A stretch of 64,000 bases of DNA from IMG/VR virus record IMGVR_UViG_3300036760_000327, positions 32,001 to 96,000 of that record; one strand, given 5' to 3'. The position numbers and the translations under genes are program-made. The notes beneath the pieces were generated by a model that was not told the origin of the DNA, did not search any database, and saw nothing but the letters and a program-made list of their open reading frames with translations. This document shows positions 17,545 through 27,738 of the stretch, piece after piece (positions within the stretch are counted from its first letter, which is position 1; each line of letters starts with the position of its first letter). The stretch comes from a virus.

Positions 17545-18921
17545 TCACATGCCCCTCTGAATAGGTATCTCGTCTTTTTCTCTACACTTCCAAAATTGAT
17601 TTATAAAATAATCCCATTTAAATTCCCACCCATGTTCGGGTAAAAATTTAACCATAAAAAAATTAATCATATCGCTAATTTCTCTACTGCACCAGGGAGG
17701 AACATATCGCAAAGTATATTCGCTCCATTCTTTTAATGTTTGTGGCATTTTATATCCTTGTTTTTTAAAATCATCGTATAATTTTGAACCTGGGTAGGGA
17801 CGAATATAGAAAAGTTTAAATTTCATATAAGGATTAATTCGATGGGCTTCTTGAAGCATTAATATTGTATCTTTAAAGTCTTCTAATTCATCTGAATCCG
17901 GAAAACCAGTCATAGTAGAAAGATCTGGAACCATTCCAAATTTAGTTATCTTTTCTACAAATTGTAATATATTATCTTTAGTTTGATGTTTCTTTAGTCG
18001 ATCTAAAATAATCTGATTTCCACTTTCCGCTCCAATTAATATTTCCTTAATTCCAGCCTGCGCTAATGTAAGATACATTTCATCTGAATATGTTAAAGCA
18101 GCTCTTACATGCACCAAAATAGAAATTGGAACAAAATTATATCCGGTTTTTATCCATTTTTCACAAAATTCCATGACTCTAGATTTTTTAAAAAACCATT
18201 CGTCATCATCAATATTTAAATGGGATATAGACTTCTTGTGAGTAAATATATATTTAAGATCATTAATAATCTCATCAATATCCCTAAATACATATTTATG
18301 TTTGGATATAACTTGCAAGCAACAAAACCGGCAGGTTTCATAACATCCAAAACTGGTTAAGTACCCGAAATAAGGACCATATTTATCTAAATCAATCATC
18401 TCCCATGGAATTTTTCCAAATTTTAATGGTAAACTGTCAAGACCTGTATCAATTATACCTTCTGGTTCTTTCCACAATACACCAGGACAAGACTTTTTAT
18501 TATTAGCTATATCATCTACTAGGTTAACAATTAGATGCTCAAACTGGCCTTTGGCCACAATATCTGCATAAGATTCTTGAATAATATTTTCTGGAATTAA
18601 GGAAGCAGCCCATCCCCCCCAGACAATCGGAATAGATTTATCAAATGATCTTATATACTTAGCAAAATTAATAGCTCCTCTTAATTGTTGTCCAATTAAA
18701 CTACTAATCCCCACAAATAAAGGTTTACTTTTAAGATAAGTACTTAATATTTCAGGATTATCAACTCGGGCATCGAATAGTTTAACCTCATATCCAGCTT
18801 CCACCAATGGTCCAGATAGATTTAAAATTGAATAAGGAACTCTATGTAAACCATCGGTTTTAATATACGATATTTCTGGATAATACAAAAGGATAGTTCC
18901 TTTACTTATGTTCCATCCCAT
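17545..18921 (-). CDS. Cobalamin-binding radical SAM enzyme
   Basis: N-terminal B12-binding domain (VGISS, IVWGG), GCYETCRFC, IGAESG, RPYPGSKLY. Confidence 0.9.
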   Translation of the reverse strand: MGWNISKGTILLYYPEISYIKTDGLHRVPYSILNLSGPLVEAGYEVKLFDARVDNPEILSTYLKSKPLFVGISSLIGQQLRGAINFAKYIRSFDKSIPIVWGGWAASLIPENIIQESYADIVAKGQFEHLIVNLVDDIANNKKSCPGVLWKEPEGIIDTGLDSLPLKFGKIPWEMIDLDKYGPYFGYLTSFGCYETCRFCCLQVISKHKYVFRDIDEIINDLKYIFTHKKSISHLNIDDDEWFFKKSRVMEFCEKWIKTGYNFVPISILVHVRAALTYSDEMYLTLAQAGIKEILIGAESGNQIILDRLKKHQTKDNILQFVEKITKFGMVPDLSTMTGFPDSDELEDFKDTILMLQEAHRINPYMKFKLFYIRPYPGSKLYDDFKKQGYKMPQTLKEWSEYTLRYVPPWCSREISDMINFFMVKFLPEHGWEFKWDYFINQFWKCREKDEIPIQRGM

Positions 18922-18923
18922 AA

Positions 18924-19793
18924 TTAATCCTCAAATGTTCCTGTTATATTTACTAGTTTACCTTGTTCACAGAAATTCCAATTTTCATTGCTGCCATTAA
19001 TATAAGACTTGCTTGCTGTATTCCATCCGCCAAATCTGGATTCAAGCATTATATTATTATCTTGAGTATAATAACTGTAATAAGCAGGTGATTTTATTAC
19101 ATTTTTATTATACAATGCCTTAGCTATCCATTTTCTAGGATGAATATTTTCTTCTAATTGATATTCATTTTGCTTGATAACACAATCCGGTAAATATATG
19201 TTTTTCAATGCTAACATGCTAATTCTAAGCGGCATATCAAGATCATCACATTGGAGATCTTCATTAAAAAATTGTAATTGATCTAACATCTCGCCCTTAA
19301 AGGCCCATACACACCCGACAACCCCCGCTCTATCCGGCGATATGTATATCCAGAAATGTGGTGCCCGTTCTTCAATTTTTATTTCCTTGTAGAAAAATTC
19401 TTTACGACCAGGAGAATCTACAAAAAATGTAGGTCGAATAGCTAAAGCTGATCCAATGTCAGGATAGGACAAAGCTTTTAATATTAAATTTAACCAATTA
19501 TCTGATTCAATAACTGAATCATCGTCCCATTTTATATAAATTTGTGAGGGTTGGCGTAATGACATTAAGAAATTATGTCCAAAGACTATACCCGTATTAA
19601 AAGAATTTTGTCCAATATAATCAAATTCTTTTCTATATTTATGGATAACTTCTTTAACTTCTGGAGTTGCATTTTGATCTAAAACAGCCCATTGAAATTT
19701 AGATCTGTCTGTATGTAATAATAAGGCTTTAATACATTTTTCAGTAGCTTGAGGACGACCAAGAACGCACATTCCAATCAAAGGCTTTTTCAT
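18924..19793 (-). CDS. Glycosyltransferase family 2-like
   Basis: GT-A pattern with VLDQN, NTGI, KWDDD and DDLD. Confidence 0.75.
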   Translation of the reverse strand: MKKPLIGMCVLGRPQATEKCIKALLLHTDRSKFQWAVLDQNATPEVKEVIHKYRKEFDYIGQNSFNTGIVFGHNFLMSLRQPSQIYIKWDDDSVIESDNWLNLILKALSYPDIGSALAIRPTFFVDSPGRKEFFYKEIKIEERAPHFWIYISPDRAGVVGCVWAFKGEMLDQLQFFNEDLQCDDLDMPLRISMLALKNIYLPDCVIKQNEYQLEENIHPRKWIAKALYNKNVIKSPAYYSYYTQDNNIMLESRFGGWNTASKSYINGSNENWNFCEQGKLVNITGTFED

Positions 19794-20335
19794 TTTATAC
19801 CCCGCACATAAATTTTTAATTGAATAAAGTCTTCTGGCGTAATTCCTTTAGCTTTTAATTCTACATCTTCTCGTAACATATCTAGTTGCTCCAAAGCTAC
19901 ATCTTTAACATTCGAAAATCCAACACTTTTTAATTCTTCTATTATCATACTTGGCCATAATAAAGACCGATGGTAATCATACGGAGTTTGTCCTTGACCG
20001 AGTATATTATATATAACATAGGAATAATATTTACCTTGGTGAAGTAAATGAACAGAACCTTCAAAATTGGGACAGGTAATAAATAATGTTCCGTTAGGAA
20101 CTAAAACTCTATAACATTCTTTTAAAAGTCTATAAATATCAGGTAATTCCAGATGTTCTATAAATTCTACTGATACAATATTGTCTATGGATTCATCTTT
20201 ATATGGAATTCCTTTTCTTAAATCCCAGATAATATCTACATTTGGATGTTCAATAATATCAATACCAATATAATCTTTATACTGATTATATCTATTCTTT
20301 AAAGGATTTATACCGCATCCAAGATCAAGATTCAT
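19790..20335 (-). CDS. Class I SAM methyltransferase (type 11-like)
   Basis: LDLGCG, WDLRKGIPY, FIEHL, ECYRVL.PNG. Confidence 0.88.
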   Translation of the reverse strand: MNLDLGCGINPLKNRYNQYKDYIGIDIIEHPNVDIIWDLRKGIPYKDESIDNIVSVEFIEHLELPDIYRLLKECYRVLVPNGTLFITCPNFEGSVHLLHQGKYYSYVIYNILGQGQTPYDYHRSLLWPSMIIEELKSVGFSNVKDVALEQLDMLREDVELKAKGITPEDFIQLKIYVRGIK

Positions 20336-22503
20336 ATTAATACCTCTAAGTATTTTTTAATCATAATTTCGGCTGTATAAGTATCCTGTATTTTTTTTAA
20401 TAATCCTTTTCTTATTGACTGTATAAATTCTTTGTCCTCTAATTGTACTTCAAAGATATATCGCAAATCATCTATTGTGTCAAATCCAAAAACTAAATCT
20501 TCTCCAAACATTTCGGGAACTACGTTACATTTTTTATTATAAATTATTGGACATTGACAAGCTGCTGCCTCGAGCGCTGTATTACTACATCCTTCATGTT
20601 CGCTAAGAAACAACATAGCATCTGTTGATCTATATAAATTTACTAATTGTTTTGGCGCTTTAACCGGCCCATAATACATAATATTAGGTAATTGTGAAAA
20701 TAATTCCATTGTTTTAGCCGTATCTAAACTAAAATAATTACCCACTAAATGAAAATCTATATTAGGATATTGTTTAGCAATTCCTTCAATTAAATCAGCA
20801 CGTTTGTGTGGAAATATACTCCAAGAATTTATTAAGATTTTTGTTTTATTACCTGGCAAAGAAATATGTGGTCCACTGGTATTAAAAATTTCTGTATCCA
20901 CGCCATTATAAATTACTACACTTTTCTTCGTAGTATCTACATAAGGCTCCCATACTTTCTTTGCAAATTCGGATTGCCATACAATTAAATCTGCTAGTTC
21001 ATAATTATCCTTCATTACTTTCAGTGCACATTCTTGTATCTCTCCTGGTTTCTGCCCAGAGTTATCTCCGAGGTACGAGACAAAGGGTAAACCATCCATT
21101 CGTTCTATAAATTTTATGCTTGGATCTCGCTTTTTGGCCGCTTGCAGAATTTCAGCATTTAAAAATGCTATCGAAAGTATATATTTAACTGCTGGTGAAT
21201 CTTGATCCACAATCTTATATTTATTATTGGTTAATCTAGGTATATATTTTTTTAATGTATTTCCAAAAGTTCCAGGACCACCGTCTGAGATTGCTGTTAA
21301 TATTCCGATACTATTATCTATTTCTTTATAATTTCCCATAATGGCATCACGATATAATGGATACCTTATTTTAATATCATAATTTTCTTCAATATCTTCT
21401 CTGGCCTGTAATCCGATTTTCGTGGATTCTATAGGATTTGCTTTACAATACAATATCTTATCCAGAAACTCATCTGCCGAACGAACAATAAATCCAGTTT
21501 TTCCATCTTGAATTGCTTCAGTATATGATCGACTAGGAGAAGAAATAATCGGTATTTTAGCCGCTCCGGCCATTGTATATTTTACTGCACTTTTAGAATC
21601 GAGCCATGTACTTTGCCACATGGGCGGCACGAGATAATCAATATCTTTATTACTAACAGGATTAATTATAAGATTCACTGATTTGCATAAACGGTAATAA
21701 TCTTCGATAGATAGCCAATCTATATAGGTTTTATATAAATTTCTAAATCCATTAATAAGTGTGCGCATCTGGGCCACGCCATTAGCATTTATAATCCATT
21801 CAATATCTTTAAATTCTTCCCATCGTGCATTGGCCTTCTCGCACATTTCAAATAATAAAGTTGCTCCAACTCTACCGCTACTGGTCATTAAAACTTTATA
21901 TTTAGAAATTTGACTAATCCAATCTAATTTTGGCAGGTAATCAAAGATCGGTAAATTAATATGTGTAGGTACATGAATAACTGGCACAGCAAAATTAGAT
22001 AATTTTTTAAAGAAATCCTTTAATTCAGAAGTAGCCACAATAACAGCATCACACATATTTGCAATTTGTATTGGAGCGTTCTGATTAGCATTAACCAGAA
22101 AATCATCAATATAATAAACTATTCTTACGCCAAGTTGTTGTAAATGTTTAACAATTCTTGTTACATTATTAAGACCAATTTCCTGACCAAATTCAGAATT
22201 TGTACCAACTCTTACCAAGACAACCCATTTAGGCACAAATTGAATGATTTCTTGCATGCCTTTTTGTAATGTAAATACAATTTGATATCCTTCTTTTTCA
22301 AAGAATGGCACATATTCTTTAACAATTTTGTCGATACAACAGTCACTTTTAGGGCCCACGAAGCAAATGGTCTTATCTGTGATTTTGATATCTCGTGCAG
22401 CCATTACTTGAGGCGGGGCTGTCAGATTAACCTTACATACTGGCAACTTAACATTATTTGCCCAATAAGGTCTAGCTATTTTGCGTCGTCTATGTTCTCC
22501 CAT
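20332..22503 (-). CDS. Tandem double glycosyltransferase (two GT4-like modules)
   Basis: First module: YYIDD...KSAVKY..AGAAKIPIISS...DGKTGF. Second module: GGPGTF...VIYNGVD...EGCSNTALEAAAC. Confidence 0.85.
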   Translation of the reverse strand: MGEHRRRKIARPYWANNVKLPVCKVNLTAPPQVMAARDIKITDKTICFVGPKSDCCIDKIVKEYVPFFEKEGYQIVFTLQKGMQEIIQFVPKWVVLVRVGTNSEFGQEIGLNNVTRIVKHLQQLGVRIVYYIDDFLVNANQNAPIQIANMCDAVIVATSELKDFFKKLSNFAVPVIHVPTHINLPIFDYLPKLDWISQISKYKVLMTSSGRVGATLLFEMCEKANARWEEFKDIEWIINANGVAQMRTLINGFRNLYKTYIDWLSIEDYYRLCKSVNLIINPVSNKDIDYLVPPMWQSTWLDSKSAVKYTMAGAAKIPIISSPSRSYTEAIQDGKTGFIVRSADEFLDKILYCKANPIESTKIGLQAREDIEENYDIKIRYPLYRDAIMGNYKEIDNSIGILTAISDGGPGTFGNTLKKYIPRLTNNKYKIVDQDSPAVKYILSIAFLNAEILQAAKKRDPSIKFIERMDGLPFVSYLGDNSGQKPGEIQECALKVMKDNYELADLIVWQSEFAKKVWEPYVDTTKKSVVIYNGVDTEIFNTSGPHISLPGNKTKILINSWSIFPHKRADLIEGIAKQYPNIDFHLVGNYFSLDTAKTMELFSQLPNIMYYGPVKAPKQLVNLYRSTDAMLFLSEHEGCSNTALEAAACQCPIIYNKKCNVVPEMFGEDLVFGFDTIDDLRYIFEVQLEDKEFIQSIRKGLLKKIQDTYTAEIMIKKYLEVLI

Positions 22504-22514
22504 CTTATCTCCAG

Positions 22515-23666
22515 TTAAATATCGTTGATCCCATTAACAACTACCAGATTTTGTATTCTTTCGGCTTCTTCAAAATTCCACACTTTATCTTCGTATCCAG
22601 GCACTTTAAGATTAGTGCCCTTCAATTTATTATACATTTCATAAAAAATAGCCGCGTGTTCTGCTATATAAGTATTGATATTATGGTGTTCTAATACATA
22701 ATAATATGCTCGTTTTGCCATTGCCTCTCTTTTCTCTTTATTTTCAATAAGATATGAAATAGCACTAATCCAATCTTCTGATGCATTACTCTTTGGAATA
22801 ACTGCGCATTTCTTCTCGTCCCAACCAAGATAAGGCAATACGGGAGATAATATCATTGGTATCCCCAAAATTGCATATTCTAGAGCTTTTCTATTTGTTT
22901 TACCCCAATTAAAGGCATTATCTTGTAATGGCGCTATTCCGATATCCATATCCAATGATGCTAGTGCAGGATAGAAAGCATCTACCGGAACAAAATTATA
23001 GTACTCGTACTTATTTTTAGGCAAAGTAGCAATTGATGGCGGCAGCCATCCCATCATAATCCATTTGACTTGCGGATAATGTTTAGTAATTTTAGGAACT
23101 ACATCCTTAATTATATCGGCATCTGGCTTATGATGTGGGGTTAAATGCCATCCAATTCTCAAAGTATTCTCGTCGTTTTTATCCCTTCCTGGACTTACAA
23201 ATTCATTTAAATGAGATTCAACTAAATTTCGCTCTACAAACACGTTTTGATTAAATTTTAAAGCAAGTTTTTTTAAATAAGGCGTAGAAGTCGTAAGAAA
23301 ATCAACCTCTTTAAGAACTTGTTCATATCGCGCAAGAACTTGTGGTGTATAAACAGATTTGGCTGGATTATCTGTGGGTAAATGCCATACATCGTCATCT
23401 ACATTACTGCCAAGTATAATTTCTTTTTGTTTGATTTTTCGTATATACATAATAATTTCAGGAACATACTGACGCTGCATCATAAAAATATCTGCATTCT
23501 CGGCTAGCGCTTGATCTAAAGTATAAATTAATTTTCCCTGAAGCAAATTAAACTTATGAAAGTATTGCAATGGTAAGAATTGAACGTGGTAGTTCTAATT
23601 AGGGCCAGAATTATCAGCTCCCACAAATAGAACTTTTAATAATTTTTTCTGGTCCATCATTGGCAT
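22515..23666 (-). CDS. Glycosyltransferase (GT4-like) with an in-frame TAG at codon 24
   Basis: AAAAGGAGAGTG-ATG at 23666 gives MPMMDQKKLLKVLFVGADNSGPN*NYHVQFLPLQYF..., in frame with track ORF 22515-23570. Motifs VDDD, DIGIAPL, FNWGK, LEYAILGIP. Confidence 0.8.
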
Positions 23667-23761
23667 CACTCTCCTTTTGATAAGGACAAATTCCTTTATT
23701 ATATTAATTAGTTATAATTTATTGGATTAACCAGGTAATATTACGAGGGCCTCTATATATA

Positions 23762-23793
23762 TTAATAGTAAAATGAGCTTATTTGTGACAAAA
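23762..23793 (-). promoter_or_regulatory. Second copy of the promoter motif TTTTGTCACAAA-N9-TTTACTATTAA
   Basis: Both blocks are identical to 17-48. Lies about 95 nt upstream of the first glycosyltransferase start. Confidence 0.6.
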
Positions 23794-23902
23794 TATTTTA
23801 TGCCCGCCAACCAAAAATTGCTTAATTGATCAACGGGCATATTTTATATTGTTCTGATTTAAGGTAGGACTTTAAGGTAGGTGTTTAAAATTGTTAAGAA
23901 GT

Positions 23903-24280
23903 TTACTTCCTCCCGTAACCAACGAATCTTACAGTAAATGCTGAAAGATTTGTTCCATTAGGAATTTCTACTGCCATTTGAGATGCCGGACCTCCAGATG
24001 TGTCTCCCAAAGCCATAACTTTAGCGTTGTTATAATCATATTGAGCAATAAAAGATTGCCCAAGATTAGTTGCACCAGCACTTGGTTCAACACTAAATGA
24101 AATGAATAGAATCTCTTCGAGATCAATATCCGAAGCTGCTAAAGACTCGCCGCCAGACGCGTAAGAAGAATCCATGGTAAATTCACCAATGACCATAGAT
24201 AAATCTGAAAAAGTCTTTGATCTAACCGGTCTTACACTACCACCAGGACTATATCCTGTTTTAGAAAAAGTAAGTGCCAT
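23903..24280 (-). CDS. Small virion structural/decoration-like protein
   Basis: MALTF...DSSYASGGESL...NGTNLS pattern seen in phage structural proteins. GGAGG RBS. Confidence 0.5.
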   Translation of the reverse strand: MALTFSKTGYSPGGSVRPVRSKTFSDLSMVIGEFTMDSSYASGGESLAASDIDLEEILFISFSVEPSAGATNLGQSFIAQYDYNNAKVMALGDTSGGPASQMAVEIPNGTNLSAFTVRFVGYGRK

Positions 24281-24358
24281 TAAAATCGCCTCCTTTCTAT
24301 TGTAATATTTTATCCAGAATACCTCTGGAAAGGAGATCTAATGATCCCCTTAGTTCAA

Positions 24359-24550
24359 TTACTTATAAATCGCTCCAGAGCCCATTTCTTTGCCTTTATG
24401 TTCTCCTCGCTCACTCCGTTCCCGCATATCTTTAAGTTTATTCTTCGCATTCTTGAGATCAGGAGCTGCAGGTACCCAATCGGGAATCCAGTCTATTATA
24501 TTTTCTAAAGTGCTTTTCTTTTTTGAAATTTCGTTATATGTTTCTTCCAT
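24359..24550 (-). CDS. Hypothetical protein
   Basis: ORF preceded by AAGGAG. Confidence 0.5.
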   Translation of the reverse strand: MEETYNEISKKKSTLENIIDWIPDWVPAAPDLKNAKNKLKDMRERSERGEHKGKEMGSGAIYK

Positions 24551-24554
24551 ATTA

Positions 24555-24857
24555 TTACTCCTTGGTTAAAATACGGTCAATAATTTTATACATAAAATCA
24601 AAAAGTATGGATTGTGTAGAAGTCATATAATCCAAGAAATCACTTAGACATATTGAATTATTATTTGTTTTCTTGGCAATCATATTAGAAAGAATGGTTT
24701 CTTTGGAGTTCTGCAAGCCAAGATTAAATTTTTTCAATGGACTTGTCCAATTAGGATCACGTATACTACCCCAATCATTAGTCCTATCTATTTCAACTTC
24801 ATCCTGATCAACAGGCAATATTCCAAAAACCTCTTCTATGGTTAGTTTATCTTTCAT
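24555..24857 (-). CDS. Hypothetical protein
   Basis: ORF preceded by GAGG. Confidence 0.5.
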   Translation of the reverse strand: MKDKLTIEEVFGILPVDQDEVEIDRTNDWGSIRDPNWTSPLKKFNLGLQNSKETILSNMIAKKTNNNSICLSDFLDYMTSTQSILFDFMYKIIDRILTKE

Positions 24858-24897
24858 ATTTCCTCTTAATTAAAAAATTTCTAAATCAGGAATATTA

Positions 24898-25770
24898 TTA
24901 TGAATATTGTTTGCCAATTATATAAATTACTTTTCCCTCTATGGCATCAAATCCAATTATTGTAACACTCTGACCTGGAATGGTTATACTGGCTGGTAAT
25001 CCTGTAATAATATAAGATCCAGGATTAGCAGAAAGAATATAGTTTACAATTACACCGATATCAATTCCAGTAACTATATAGATTCCTGGTTCAACATTCA
25101 ATAATCTATCTGTAATAAGACCAGCATTTACTCCCGTAACAGCATAAATACCATTTTCAGCATTAAGAATTCGGGTTGCATGTAACCCTGCTTCTGTTCC
25201 AATTACCAAATAACTACCCGAATCGGCTGTAAGTACATATGCTCCAACACCTGAATAAACTAAATCAGCAACAGATCCAGTTAAATTATAACTTCCCACT
25301 TCAGCGTTGAGCAATCTATCAGCAAGAATTTGAGCAGTTGCTCCCGTCACAAGGTAACTTCCTATATCTGCCGAGATAAGTCTCTGGGCAAGCAAGACCG
25401 CATCTGCACCCGTAATTGTGTAAACACCACCATCTGCTGAAATGAAATATCCACGAGCAAGCACGGCATCTGCACCCGTAATTGCATAAACACCACTATT
25501 TACCGAGATAAGTCTCTGGGCAAGCAAGCCGGCATCTACTCCAGTTAATACATAACTGTCTGACAATGCCGCTATAATTCGATCAGCTAATACACCTGAA
25601 GCTATCCCAGATACGGCATAGGAACCTGGATCGACAGATAAAAAATAACTTCCCGCCGCTGCCGGCCAAATAATCAAGCCATTTTCGGTTAATAATCCAC
25701 TCCAAACGAATCTACCAAATTCGTCTATTAAGTATCCCGTTAAAACAATTCTTCCATCTTCTACGATCAT
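24898..25770 (-). CDS. Repeat-containing tail/structural protein
   Basis: About nine ~26-aa repeats of the form (L/I)SA..G.Y..TG..A.L, with matching DNA-level duplications around 25370-25535. Confidence 0.65.
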   Translation of the reverse strand: MIVEDGRIVLTGYLIDEFGRFVWSGLLTENGLIIWPAAAGSYFLSVDPGSYAVSGIASGVLADRIIAALSDSYVLTGVDAGLLAQRLISVNSGVYAITGADAVLARGYFISADGGVYTITGADAVLLAQRLISADIGSYLVTGATAQILADRLLNAEVGSYNLTGSVADLVYSGVGAYVLTADSGSYLVIGTEAGLHATRILNAENGIYAVTGVNAGLITDRLLNVEPGIYIVTGIDIGVIVNYILSANPGSYIITGLPASITIPGQSVTIIGFDAIEGKVIYIIGKQYS

Positions 25771-26060
25771 GCTGACGTCACTATTCCATCGTAGCCGATC
25801 AGTTTCGCAAGCGAAGCATGAGTATTTTTTACCCTGAGATAACGGGTGTTATTAAGATGGAAAGCATAATAAGCCATAGCTCCTGCACCCTGCTCAGTTG
25901 TAAAAACAAGGCTATTTGTTCCATCATAAAGTTCAACCGTGATATCATATTCGTGGTAAATGTTATGAATAACCCATTCCACTCCCGCCCCAGGCTGTAT
26001 TGTTAAATAACCTGCTGAGGCTACTGAAGTAAGTGCAGAAATAACATCTCCTCTTGCCAT
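25767..26060 (-). CDS. Hypothetical structural protein
   Basis: AGGAGG RBS; beta-rich composition. Confidence 0.55.
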   Translation of the reverse strand: MARGDVISALTSVASAGYLTIQPGAGVEWVIHNIYHEYDITVELYDGTNSLVFTTEQGAGAMAYYAFHLNNTRYLRVKNTHASLAKLIGYDGIVTSA

Positions 26061-26069
26061 ATTAACCTC

Positions 26070-27110
26070 CTATACTTTCAATTTTCTCGTAAACCTTACC
26101 CCATCATCAAAAGAATCTACCAATAATGCCATCTGAACTCTTCTTAACGTATCCTGAGTCCATGCGCCTGCATCTGTTCGAGATGTTTGATAACACTTCT
26201 GCCCAAGAGAATAGGAATTCATCTGACCAGCAAGATCAACGGCAAAGTAAGATAAACCTATACTTGTAACTGTATTAGGGACTACCGTCATCCTATACCA
26301 GGTATCCTTCAATAAATTAACTGGAGTAGCAAAATAAGCCCAACATAAACCAACTGCCGTTCCAATTCTTTGGGCAAGGAGTAATTGTTTTGAAGCTAAG
26401 ACAGTGGTTCCGTCTGAATCATACAGAGTGAACGTAGCAGATTCGTCGAGATCACTATAAGCAACTATCCCCACTGCCCTACAAGGAAAGGGAATTTGAA
26501 AATAGTTTCCATATTCATCTGGAGACGATCCTGAATTGTAAGTGTAATAAGATAGAGTAGACATTGGATGAGTAAAACCAGAGGAATAAGAGCCATCAGA
26601 ATATTCGAGGGCTACATTGATTAAATTGGCACTTTTAGCCCACGCAGCTGTATATAAATCTGTATACACATTATAGTGGTTAGTCCCAATCCCTGTCCCA
26701 CCTGCTGAAATATTTAAGTTCCCTGCTACCCAAGCATTAAACTCAATGACGATAGCTATTGGGTCATTTTTTGTAACTGAGGCTCCAGCAACAAGGGTAA
26801 CAAGAAACCATGTATTATCATTGGTATCTGCAACAACCAGTGTCTGGTAAGCGTTTCCACTCGCAAGTATTGTTCCGTCAGGATTGCCTGAAGCATTAAC
26901 ACCCTGAAGAGATATTTTTAAAGTATCTCCTGTGGTGACTGTTCCAGTTCTAAATCCAACCTTTGAAATTGTTCCTGTCTTGGGGGCGTAGGTTATGAAT
27001 GCCGCTTTTTCAGCAGCAGCATCTATAAGCAGAGAACTCCAATAATAACTATGACAATAATCTATCAAACCAGGAATTAGTATGGGCGGATTAATTGCTT
27101 GTAACGTCAT
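26070..27110 (-). CDS. Putative tail/receptor-binding protein
   Basis: G/S/T/Y-rich beta-strand composition, located among tail genes. Confidence 0.5.
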   Translation of the reverse strand: MTLQAINPPILIPGLIDYCHSYYWSSLLIDAAAEKAAFITYAPKTGTISKVGFRTGTVTTGDTLKISLQGVNASGNPDGTILASGNAYQTLVVADTNDNTWFLVTLVAGASVTKNDPIAIVIEFNAWVAGNLNISAGGTGIGTNHYNVYTDLYTAAWAKSANLINVALEYSDGSYSSGFTHPMSTLSYYTYNSGSSPDEYGNYFQIPFPCRAVGIVAYSDLDESATFTLYDSDGTTVLASKQLLLAQRIGTAVGLCWAYFATPVNLLKDTWYRMTVVPNTVTSIGLSYFAVDLAGQMNSYSLGQKCYQTSRTDAGAWTQDTLRRVQMALLVDSFDDGVRFTRKLKV

Positions 27111-27352
27111 ACCTTAAACACCGTCCCTTCGATCAAAGTTTTTAAATTCGAGAGTGACACTAAAGGATTCTCAACAATTATTTTTCTCATCTGCCCAAAT
27201 AATAACTGCTCTACTTCATCAAGAGAATCAGGAACCAAAGCTTCCCTTAGTTCCTGAATCGTTGTAACTTTGGTCATGGTTTTTGTGCCCGATGTATAGG
27301 TTAATATTACATGAGAACACGGAAGCTTATTAATTTTTACTGTGACGTCCAT
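27107..27352 (-). CDS. Hypothetical protein
   Basis: Coupled ORF in the operon. Confidence 0.5.
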   Translation of the reverse strand: MDVTVKINKLPCSHVILTYTSGTKTMTKVTTIQELREALVPDSLDEVEQLLFGQMRKIIVENPLVSLSNLKTLIEGTVFKV

Positions 27353-27410
27353 ATCTATTTCCCTACTTTGATAATCTCAAATTTCCTGGGAGTGTAGCCG
27401 CCGATATTTT

Positions 27411-27728
27411 TTATCTCATTTCTTTTCCACTAACCCCCAATTTTCCAGCATCCATAGAAAGTTCAAAGTGTCTGCATTGACAAATCCGACATTTGAAAAT
27501 CGTAAGATCGGGTTTATCACTCGGTTGAAGTTCAAGATTTTCGGGATTTTTACAACAGTCCTTCCGTTTATCATCTTGTTCTTTTGCCAAAACCTCTAAC
27601 TCATGGGTGATCTCTATGATTGGATCATTATTATGATCCCCTTCTTCAGTTGAAATAAACCAATTATCATTTAGAATAGAAAGCAATCTTCCCATGAGTT
27701 CGGCTGAAATATTGTATGTCTTAATCAT
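27411..27728 (-). CDS. Hypothetical protein with CC...CRICQCRH motif
   Basis: The AAGGGG RBS supports a start at 27728. Confidence 0.5.
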   Translation of the reverse strand: MIKTYNISAELMGRLLSILNDNWFISTEEGDHNNDPIIEITHELEVLAKEQDDKRKDCCKNPENLELQPSDKPDLTIFKCRICQCRHFELSMDAGKLGVSGKEMR

Positions 27729-27738
27729 TTTGACCCCC

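Noticed and set aside
23800-24360. tRNA or other ncRNA in the intergenic gaps
   Set aside because: Only short hairpins and a TAAGGTAGG duplication are present; no cloverleaf or T-loop consensus was recognised.
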